Below, piece by piece: positions 1 to 7,682 of a stretch of 64,000 nucleotides of DNA. The notes below the pieces were generated by a model. That model ran no database searches. It was not told the DNA's origin and saw only the letters and a list, made by a program, of their open reading frames with translations. The DNA comes from Lachnospiraceae bacterium (GTDB lineage: Bacteria > Bacillota > Clostridia > Lachnospirales > Lachnospiraceae). The stretch covers positions 617 through 64,616 of the forward strand of contig JBGUHN010000043.1 of NCBI GenBank assembly GCA_045112155.1. Direction: 5' to 3'. Position 1 is the first letter of the stretch. Every line of letters starts with the position of its first letter. Both the position numbers and the translations under genes were made by a program.

Positions 1-440
1 ACCTCCTCACTTAGTTTTATGCTGAACAATTCGCGTTTTTGTCCCGCGTGCGAGACCTGAATTTCGGATGACAGACAAGGCGCATACTTAGCCTGTCTCC
101 GGTTTCTTTCTTTTTGGATTGTCCTTATTCTACAGGCTGACCGTTAACGTTTTGTGTGAAATATGTTTACGTTTTGTGAAAAGTATCGAACCGCTTTTCA
201 TAGATTATGAACGGAAGATGAATGAATCCTTAAAATTGTAACAATTGTGCATTTATTTTGTGCAATATAGAGCAATTATCCGGTAGAGTGGAGTGTCTTC
301 TGCCTCACAGTATGAGGAGCGGTGAGCGCTGCGGTCACGTGTTGCAACGAAGAAGGAGCGGGGAGTTACTACGGTCAAGCGTCACAGATCAGGAGGGCTG
401 GCAAGTGAGTATCGCCAGTCGGAAAATATGAGGTGTTTAT

Positions 441-1274
441 ATGCAGTTAAATTCAATCAATCCGAAAACCGCCCACGAAAAGCTCGAGTATCTTCGCGAG
501 CACCTTGCAAATCTTGGCAGCGTTGCCATCGCTTTCTCAAGCGGTGTCGACTCGACCTTCCTGCTCAAAGTCGCCCATGACACCCTGGGTGAGCGGTGCG
601 CAGCCATCACAGTCAAGTCCCGCGTCTTTCCTGAGCGGGAATCCCGCGAAGCCGACAACTTCTGCCTGAAGGAAGGCATAAGGCACATCATTCTCGAATC
701 CGATGAGCTCAAAATAGAAGGTTTTCGGGAGAATCCTGCAAATAGATGCTACATCTGCAAGAAACACCTCTTCACCGGGATGTTGTCTGCCGCCCACGAT
801 GCGGGTTTCAAATACCTTGCGGAGGGGTCCAACATGGACGACCTCGGCGACTATCGCCCCGGCCTTCAGGCGATTGCGGAACTTCATATAGAAAGTCCAC
901 TGAGGAGCGCAGGTCTTACTAAGGCCGAGATCCGCTATTTATCAAGACAGATGGATCTTCCGACCTGGAGCAAGCCGTCCTACGCATGCCTTGCCTCCCG
1001 CTTTGTCTACGGAGAGGAAATCACGGCGGAAAAGCTCATGATGGTCGATAAGGCAGAGCAGCTCCTGCACGACATGGGACTCGGCCAGTACAGAGTAAGA
1101 ATTCATGGAAATATTGCGAGAATAGAGGTGTTACCGGAAGAATTTTCAGTTATAATAGAAGATAAGAACCGACAGCGGATATGTTCAGAACTCAGGGCGT
1201 ATGGATTTGCATATGTCACACTTGACCTTATGGGATATCGGACGGGAAGTATGAATGAGGTGCTGAAACAATAA
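441..1274 (+). CDS. larE: LarE-like PP-loop ATP pyrophosphatase / sulfur transferase (TIGR00268-type)
   Basis: 277-aa ORF. PP-loop 'AFSSGVDST' near the N-terminus. Conserved Cys in 'PSYACLASRF'. GAGGTG RBS 5 nt upstream of the ATG. Confidence 0.75.
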   Translation: MQLNSINPKTAHEKLEYLREHLANLGSVAIAFSSGVDSTFLLKVAHDTLGERCAAITVKSRVFPERESREADNFCLKEGIRHIILESDELKIEGFRENPANRCYICKKHLFTGMLSAAHDAGFKYLAEGSNMDDLGDYRPGLQAIAELHIESPLRSAGLTKAEIRYLSRQMDLPTWSKPSYACLASRFVYGEEITAEKLMMVDKAEQLLHDMGLGQYRVRIHGNIARIEVLPEEFSVIIEDKNRQRICSELRAYGFAYVTLDLMGYRTGSMNEVLKQ

Positions 1275-1331
1275 TAGTTAACAATCGCACAACTATGCCT
1301 GGAAATCTCAGGCAGAAAGGGGGCGGCTTAC

Positions 1332-3641
1332 GTGAGCATTGCATATAAGAGTGAAGTAAGAGTAGATGCTTTCGATAAAGTCACCGGCAGGACGAAGTAT
1401 TATGAAGATCTGATTCCGGCGGATGCACTTTACGTGCGCATCAAACATGCGGAAATTGCGCATGGCTTTGTAAAGAAGATCGATACGGAGGCGGCGGAGA
1501 GAATCCCCGGAGTTGTCAAGGTCCTGACCTGCTTTGACGTGCCGGACATTCCGTTCCCGACAGCCGGTCATCCGTGGTCAATGGACCCGTCGCATCAGGA
1601 TGTGGCTGACAGGCATTTGCTCAACCAGCATGTCCGCTACTGGGGTGATGACATTGCCGTCGTAATTGCGGAGGATGAGGTGTCTGCGTCCCAGGGTATC
1701 AGCGCGCTGAAAGTAGAGTATGAGGAGCTGCCGTTCGTTCTTGACGTGCAGAAGGCCATGGAGCCGGATGCGCCGCAGCTCCACGAAAAATTCCCGAACA
1801 ACATCCTGAAGCACACGTCCATGACGAAGGGCGATTACAAAAAAGCGATCGAGGAGCCTGGCCTCATCAAAGTTGAGGGCTGGTATGACACTCCGACTGT
1901 CCAGCACTGTCACATTGAAAATCACGGCTGCTTCGCCTACGAGGAAAATGGCCGCATGACTGTGGTCTCGTCGACGCAGATCCCCCACATCATCCGCCGC
2001 GTCGTCGGTCAGGCACTCGGCAGACCGTGGGGCAACATCCGAATTATCAAGCCTTACATCGGCGGCGGCTTCGGCAACAAGCAGGACGCCCTCTATGAGC
2101 CGCTCTGCGCATGGTGCTGCACACAGGTCGGTGGCAGATGTGTCCGGATTATCTGTTCGCGCGAGGAGACATTTGTATCCAACAGAGTTCGCCATGCGAT
2201 GCGCATCCATCTGGTGACCTGGCTCACCCCGGACGGATCGATCGCCGCCCGCAAAGTCGAGTGTTTCTCGAACCAGGGAGCTTATGCGTCCCATGGGCAT
2301 TCGATCTGCGCGAAGGCGATGGGATCATTTGCCCAGCATTATCCGTGTGCCCATATGGAATGCGATGCCTACACCGTCTTCACCAACCGCCCGACCGCCG
2401 GCGCGATGAGGGGGTATGGGATGCCGCAGGCTTCATTTGCAGACGAGTCCAATATCGAAGATTGCGCCGAGGCAGTCGGCATGGACCCGATGGAATTCAG
2501 GAATAAGAACATCATGCCGCAGGGCTTCGTGGACGGATTCTCCAAGAACGAGAACTTCTACGACACCTATCGCGAGTGCATGGCCAAGGGCGCCGCGTAC
2601 GTGGATTACGAGAAGAAGCGTGCGGAGTATGCAAATGACACCGGCCCGATCCGCCGCGGCATCGGCCTGGCAACGTTCTGGTACAACACGGGCGTTTACC
2701 CGATTTCGCTCGAGACCTCGTCCAACCGCATGTTGCTGAATCTCGACGGAACGGTCACAATGCAGTGCGGCGAGACGGAGATTGGTCAGGGCGCGGATAC
2801 CGCGTATGCGCAAATGACCGCCGAAGCCATCGGCCTCGCCAGCTACCGCGACGTTAATGTCGTGTCCTGCCAGGATACGGATATCACGCCTACGGGTCTT
2901 GGCGCTTACGCATCTCGCCAGACCTACATGGCAGGTTTCTCCATCAGCCAGACAGCTGCGCTGCTTAAGGAAAAGATTCTGAAGCATGCACAGGCTCTGA
3001 CAAGGCAGGCGCCGCTTAATCTTGATATCGTCGACGGTTATATCGTTCGCAAGGATGACAACAGAAGACTTATGAGTCTCTCCGAGCTGGCCATGACGGT
3101 CCAGTATGACCCGGTGAACAGTGACCATATCACAGCCGAGTCTACATATACAATAAGAAATAATGCGTATTCGTTCGGGTGCACATTTGCAGAAGTTGAG
3201 GTCAACATACCGATGTGCAAGGTGACAGTCACACGCATGGTCAACGTCCATGACTGCGGCAGACTGATCAACCCGGCACTGGCGGAAGCACAGGTCCACG
3301 GCGGCATGTCCATGGCGATCGGCTTCGGTGCCAGCGAGCAGCTGCTGTTCGACGAGAGGAACGGAAAGCCGCTCAATAACAACCTGCTCGACTACAAACT
3401 GTCAACTTTCATGGATCATCCCCGCCTCGAAGCCCTGTTCATCGAGAACCCGGAGCCGACCTCACCGTTCGGTACGAAGGCTCTCGGAGAGCCGCCGGCA
3501 TGTTCCGGCGCGCCGGCGATCCGCAACGCAATCAAGCAGGCGACAGGCGTAGCTATCGACCACATTCCGATCAACCCGCAGGTCCTTTACGCCGAACTCG
3601 TGAAAGCGGGCGTGATCCACGACGAATGGCAGGAGGTGTGA
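1332..3641 (+). CDS. xdhA: Xanthine dehydrogenase / aldehyde oxidase family molybdopterin-binding subunit
   Basis: 769 aa with a GTG start after an AAGGGGG RBS. Hammerhead plus Mo-binding regions with 'PYIGGGFGNK'. First gene of a Mo-FAD-FeS trio. Substrate not determinable from sequence. Confidence 0.85.
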   Translation: MSIAYKSEVRVDAFDKVTGRTKYYEDLIPADALYVRIKHAEIAHGFVKKIDTEAAERIPGVVKVLTCFDVPDIPFPTAGHPWSMDPSHQDVADRHLLNQHVRYWGDDIAVVIAEDEVSASQGISALKVEYEELPFVLDVQKAMEPDAPQLHEKFPNNILKHTSMTKGDYKKAIEEPGLIKVEGWYDTPTVQHCHIENHGCFAYEENGRMTVVSSTQIPHIIRRVVGQALGRPWGNIRIIKPYIGGGFGNKQDALYEPLCAWCCTQVGGRCVRIICSREETFVSNRVRHAMRIHLVTWLTPDGSIAARKVECFSNQGAYASHGHSICAKAMGSFAQHYPCAHMECDAYTVFTNRPTAGAMRGYGMPQASFADESNIEDCAEAVGMDPMEFRNKNIMPQGFVDGFSKNENFYDTYRECMAKGAAYVDYEKKRAEYANDTGPIRRGIGLATFWYNTGVYPISLETSSNRMLLNLDGTVTMQCGETEIGQGADTAYAQMTAEAIGLASYRDVNVVSCQDTDITPTGLGAYASRQTYMAGFSISQTAALLKEKILKHAQALTRQAPLNLDIVDGYIVRKDDNRRLMSLSELAMTVQYDPVNSDHITAESTYTIRNNAYSFGCTFAEVEVNIPMCKVTVTRMVNVHDCGRLINPALAEAQVHGGMSMAIGFGASEQLLFDERNGKPLNNNLLDYKLSTFMDHPRLEALFIENPEPTSPFGTKALGEPPACSGAPAIRNAIKQATGVAIDHIPINPQVLYAELVKAGVIHDEWQEV

Positions 3642-3644
3642 TTT

Positions 3645-4532
3645 ATGTATGATATGAAAGCACTTTATGAAGCCCGGAGCGTCGGGGAGGCAGTGGCCTT
3701 GCGCCTTGAACATCCGCAGGCTAAAATACTTGCCGGAGGTTCCGACGTTCTTGTTCAGCTGCGCGAAGGCAGACTGGCCGGCATGGAGTTTATTTCCATC
3801 TACGGGATTGATGCTCTGCGCGGTGTGACTATTGATGAGGATGAGAATATCCGAATCGGATCGCTGACGAGTTTTTCCCACATCACCCGCGACCCGATTA
3901 TCCAGAAATACTGCAATGTTCTCGGCGAGGCGGTCGATCAGGTCGGTTCTCCGCAGATCCGCAATATCGGAACGATCGGCGGCAACACCTGCAACGGCGT
4001 CACTTCCGCGGATTCGGCATCTACGCTCCACGCGTGGGAGGCCATCATCGAGCTGACGGGCAAAGACGGAATTCGCCGTCTTCCAATTAAGGACTTCTAC
4101 ATTAAAGCAGGAACAGTTGACATAAAGCCGGAGAATGGTGAGATTCAGACAGCGATCCTGATCCCGAAGGAGAGCTACGAGAACACATACGGCCACTATA
4201 TCAAGTATGGAATGCGGAACGCCATGGAGATTGCCACCCTCGGATGCAGCGTCAATGTCCGTCTTTCCGAGGACAAGTCCATCATCGAGCGGTGCCGCAT
4301 TGCCTACGGCGTTGCCGGCCCTGTGCCTATGCGATGTCCAACTTCGGAGGCCCTTGCGACCGGTCAGAGACCGTCGGCTGAGCTGTATGAGGCATTTGCA
4401 AAATCAGTCATCTCGGATATCAATCCGAGAAATTCCTGGAGATCATCCAAGGCTTTCCGCCAGCACATCGCGGTGGAGATGGCAGGAAAGTGCCTCGAAG
4501 AGGCGGTTCGCAGAGCGGGAGGTGAAGCCTGA
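3645..4532 (+). CDS. xdhB: Xanthine dehydrogenase family FAD-binding subunit
   Basis: 295 aa. FAD-binding molybdopterin-dehydrogenase motif 'ILAGGSDVLVQL'. Starts 4 nt after the preceding stop. Confidence 0.85.
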   Translation: MYDMKALYEARSVGEAVALRLEHPQAKILAGGSDVLVQLREGRLAGMEFISIYGIDALRGVTIDEDENIRIGSLTSFSHITRDPIIQKYCNVLGEAVDQVGSPQIRNIGTIGGNTCNGVTSADSASTLHAWEAIIELTGKDGIRRLPIKDFYIKAGTVDIKPENGEIQTAILIPKESYENTYGHYIKYGMRNAMEIATLGCSVNVRLSEDKSIIERCRIAYGVAGPVPMRCPTSEALATGQRPSAELYEAFAKSVISDINPRNSWRSSKAFRQHIAVEMAGKCLEEAVRRAGGEA

Positions 4533-5032
4533 TGAGCGCACAGTATAAGCTGGTCCGTTTCAATCTGAACGGCAAAGAGGTTGAGAAGATGGTGGATGTC
4601 CGCGCAAGTCTCACGGACATGCTCCGGAACGATTTCAGAATGACTTCTGTCAAGAAAGGCTGCGAGGTCGGAGAGTGCGGCGCATGCAACGTGCTGATCG
4701 ACGGCGAGGCCTTCAACTCCTGCATCTACCTTGCGATTTGGGCAGAGGGAAAGAAGATTCAGACTCTGGAGAGCCTGCTCGGTCCGGGCGGGGAGCTCTC
4801 GGATATTCAGGAGGCATTTGTGGAGGAGACCGCGATCCAGTGCGGCTTCTGCACACCTGGCTTCATCATGACGACGGTGGAGATCCTGAACGCAGGCAAG
4901 CTTTACTCCGACGAGGAGCTGAGGCGGCTGCTGGCCGGGCATCTGTGCCGCTGCACCGGGTACGAGAATATATTCCGGGCGGTCAAGAAGGTCATGTATA
5001 GGAGGCTTGGCAAAGAGCTGCCGGAGGCTTGA
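4532..5032 (+). CDS. xdhC: Xanthine dehydrogenase family [2Fe-2S] subunit
   Basis: 166 aa. Cys clusters 'CEVGECGACNV', 'CGFCTPG' and 'CRCTGY'. Start overlaps the previous stop (TGATG). Confidence 0.85.
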   Translation: MSAQYKLVRFNLNGKEVEKMVDVRASLTDMLRNDFRMTSVKKGCEVGECGACNVLIDGEAFNSCIYLAIWAEGKKIQTLESLLGPGGELSDIQEAFVEETAIQCGFCTPGFIMTTVEILNAGKLYSDEELRRLLAGHLCRCTGYENIFRAVKKVMYRRLGKELPEA

Positions 5033-5074
5033 TTGGCAGAGTGATGTACTATTGAAATATAATGGTTTTGTGGA

Positions 5075-5099
5075 GAGCGGCGCGGGGCGCCGCTCTTTT
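5075..5099 (+). terminator. Rho-independent terminator of the xdh operon
   Basis: GAGCGGCG / CGCCGCTC stem with a short G-rich loop, followed by TTTT. Lies 43 nt after the xdhC stop. Confidence 0.7.
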
Positions 5100-5105
5100 G
5101 TGCGT

Positions 5106-6010
5106 GGCGGGCAGTCATCATAGTTCAATGCGGCGTTTTTTGACTGCCCGGGTGGTATGGCGGGCAGTAGCTATCGACGAAACCTGCTTTAATCAACTGA
5201 AAGCAAGAAATTTGGCGGGCAGTCATCAAAGTTCAAAACGGCGCTTGGTGACTGTCCGGGTGGTATGGCGGGCAGTAGCTATCGACAAAATCAGCTTTAA
5301 TCAACTGAAAGCAAGAAATTTGGCGGGCAGTCGCCAAAGTTCAAAGCGGCGTATCGTGACTGCCCAGGTGGTATGGCGTACAGTCGCAATCCGTGAAATT
5401 AACTCTAAACAACTGAAAGCAAGAATAAAGGCAAACGGTCATGAAAGTTCAAAACGGTGCTTTGTGACTGCCCGGGAGTTAAGTCGGGCAGTCGCAAACA
5501 AAGAAATCAGCTCAAAATAACTGAAAGTAAGAAATCTGGCGGGCAGTCATGAAAGTTCAAAACGGCGCTTGGTGACTGCCCGGGCGATGAGTCGGGCAGT
5601 CGCAAACAAAGAAATCAGCTCAAAATAACTGAAAGCAAGAAATCTGGCGGGCAGTCATCATAGATCAAAGCGACGCTTCAAGACTGCCCGGATGGTATGG
5701 CGGGCAGTAGCTATCGATGAAATCAGCTCTAATCAACTTACGATAAAAATCTGATATAAACCAGTCTTACCATCACCGATTATCAAAATCGATAAAGGTG
5801 ACTGCTTCTAAGCAGTGAAAATAGTGGTGTTTTAAGCTGAGTTAACTAAAAATGAGCTAGCGAGACTGCCTGTGCACTGTGATCTGACCCTCGTATAGCA
5901 CTGCACATGTGCGTTATTTTTCAAAATCTACTGCCAACTTTTCGATTGCAAGATTTTGGCAGTCGTACATATCTAGAATTATAAACAAGACTGCCGGTCT
6001 TGCTTGCCAA
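5106..6010 (+). repeat. Composite repeat element copy 1: six 108-bp tandem units (5106-5750) plus conserved tail (5751-6010)
   Basis: Unit starts at 5106, 5214, 5322, 5430, 5538 and 5646. Each unit has CGGGCAGT boxes in +/-/+ orientation. The tail contains GTGACTGCTTCTAAGC and TATAGCACTGCACATGTGC, both shared with the other three copies. Confidence 0.9.
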
Positions 6011-6104
6011 ATGTTTTAGCAGCTGATTATTGTCTCGTTGTTAACGGAAAACACGATCCCTAAAAGGGAGGATTCAGCCCCGACAAAAAGGAGGATATTA
6101 ACAC

Positions 6105-6146
6105 CTAAAAAAGAAGGCTGACAGCACCCAATGGCGACTGTCAGCC
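6105..6146 (-). terminator. Rho-independent terminator of the 6218-7039 gene
   Basis: GGCTGACAG / CTGTCAGCC stem. On the minus strand it is followed by TTCTTTTTT. Confidence 0.6.
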
Positions 6147-6217
6147 TCTAATATACTACCTATAACCAGTGTCAGCATCGGATCTAATCAGTCAAAACCT
6201 CCCGATGTCAACATCAT

Positions 6218-7039
6218 TTAAAGGCAATAATGCTTGATCAACATTTCTACATACTGCACATTAAGTCTCTTCTTGCTCGTTTCCATTGTATAAATAAAGT
6301 TCTCTCCCGTAAAATAGCCACTCATATTATATTTTTCAATCTCGACCATTTTATCATCCCTGTAGTCATAATCATCCATCATTCCATAGTGTTCCCACAA
6401 AATCACTTTGCGTTTTCTGACATTCAGAGTTCTGAAGTCAGTGTGTACAGTACCTATATCTACAAGCTCAACAGGAAATTCGTACAGATAGGGCACGTTG
6501 TATTTGTCGAGAAGATCCGCAATTATTACTTCCGACTTTGAGCGCATGCGTTCGCCCTTTCGTGAATAGTAATTCGCATTTGTGTTGATGAAAACCTGTC
6601 CATCATATTCAACGGACAACCACTTTTTGACATATTCCTCATCAGACAGACTGACTGGGGTGATTAATTTCTGGCGGTGTTTGCCAATTTTGTCATAAAG
6701 GTCTTCCATTTGATTGCCCTGAATTTCATTTCTGAATCTTCGTATGCATTTCTTTTCAAATGCAGCCGCCTTAAGCACACGCTGATTATACTCATTTTGA
6801 GCAATTGTAAGAACTTTGTCCGAATCTTTTTTCTTGATATATTCTCCGACTTTGTCGTTGCTGTCTTTTAGCAAATAATACTGTGTCCGTCCATGGCTCG
6901 AACAAATTCTGATTCTTCCTTCAGGAATCTTTTTCCGGCTGCGATTAATTTTTCCTATTACATAATCGAGACTTTTTTCTCGGCTATCTAGCGTATCCAA
7001 TAAAGTGTTCAAGATTACTGTCCTCCTTTGTATACTCAT
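6218..7039 (-). CDS. Hypothetical protein with PD-(D/E)xK-like nuclease signature in the C-terminal half
   Basis: ORF in an AT-rich (~35% GC) islet. C-terminal pattern 'RSKSEVIIADLL..YLYEFPV..VHTDF..ILWEHYG' resembles restriction-endonuclease-fold families. ATG at 7039 preferred over the upstream TTG at 7069. No clear RBS. Confidence 0.45.
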   Translation of the reverse strand: MSIQRRTVILNTLLDTLDSREKSLDYVIGKINRSRKKIPEGRIRICSSHGRTQYYLLKDSNDKVGEYIKKKDSDKVLTIAQNEYNQRVLKAAAFEKKCIRRFRNEIQGNQMEDLYDKIGKHRQKLITPVSLSDEEYVKKWLSVEYDGQVFINTNANYYSRKGERMRSKSEVIIADLLDKYNVPYLYEFPVELVDIGTVHTDFRTLNVRKRKVILWEHYGMMDDYDYRDDKMVEIEKYNMSGYFTGENFIYTMETSKKRLNVQYVEMLIKHYCL

Positions 7040-7386
7040 TGTTTTGACTTTGCCTGCTAACGACGTCAAATAATAGATGTCGCATGATGAAAATGCGGCA
7101 TTTTATAATAGTTGAATGCAAATTATTAGCTTTGTATTAGTTTTGAAATGCAATCATAGAATTCTGCCATTATAAAAATGACAGTTATCACTTCATAAAA
7201 CAGTTATGTGAGCAATGCGTTGAAATAAGGGATTTTTGTTTGCATGAAATGCTTAAGTGAAAATGACATGCGTTTTGTCTGCTGCAAGATTAGCTGCGGA
7301 CGATTATGTGTATTATATCAGAGAGTTGACTAAAATGAAAGAAAACCATTACTTCATTTTCATGGCAAAGCATGAACGTCCACCCT

Positions 7387-7443
7387 CATGCGGGGAGGCA
7401 GCTCCAATGGACGTGGTACTCTGCTACGTTTCATAGAAACATT
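7387..7443 (+). repeat. Dispersed ~55-bp repeat family B, copy 1
   Basis: GGCAGCTCCAATGGACGTGGTACTCTGCTACGTTTCATAGAAAC. Near-identical to copies at 21021 and 25021 (x2). Confidence 0.8.
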
Positions 7444-7682
7444 GGGACTGCACTCATTGTGGTTGATCAAGCTTCTTTTATCAACAGAAAAATGGAAAAT
7501 AGTGCCTAAGTCATCACACTTTCGACGATGTTTGAACATACTTTACTCAGAGACGAGACACACTTTCTTCAAAAAATGAATGTAAATTGTCAACATCAGC
7601 TAAAGACACCGAAAACCTCGCGGGATATGAAAATATTCGAAAACATCCCGCAACTCAATGAAGAAAAGGAATAGACTACAGT

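Noticed and set aside
1-120. GAGGAGGT (reverse complement of 1-8) and a hairpin plus T-run at about 70-117, as a possible gene start and terminator
   Set aside because: The associated gene or genes would lie outside the window, so neither can be supported from the visible sequence.
1578-5128. Minus-strand ORFs 1578-2300, 2433-3299, 3462-4196 and 4364-5128, plus the small overlapping plus-strand frames
   Set aside because: All overlap the well-supported xdhABC genes. They are shadow frames typical of GC-rich coding regions, with no motifs.
5062-5520. 152-aa ORF (and likewise 33843-34754, 303 aa; 41358-41930, 190 aa; 17182-17475, 97 aa) inside the 108-bp arrays
   Set aside because: The open frame is a by-product of a 36-codon repeat unit that happens to lack stops. 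There are no start signals, variation between units is non-synonymous, and conservation follows the hairpin boxes rather than codons.
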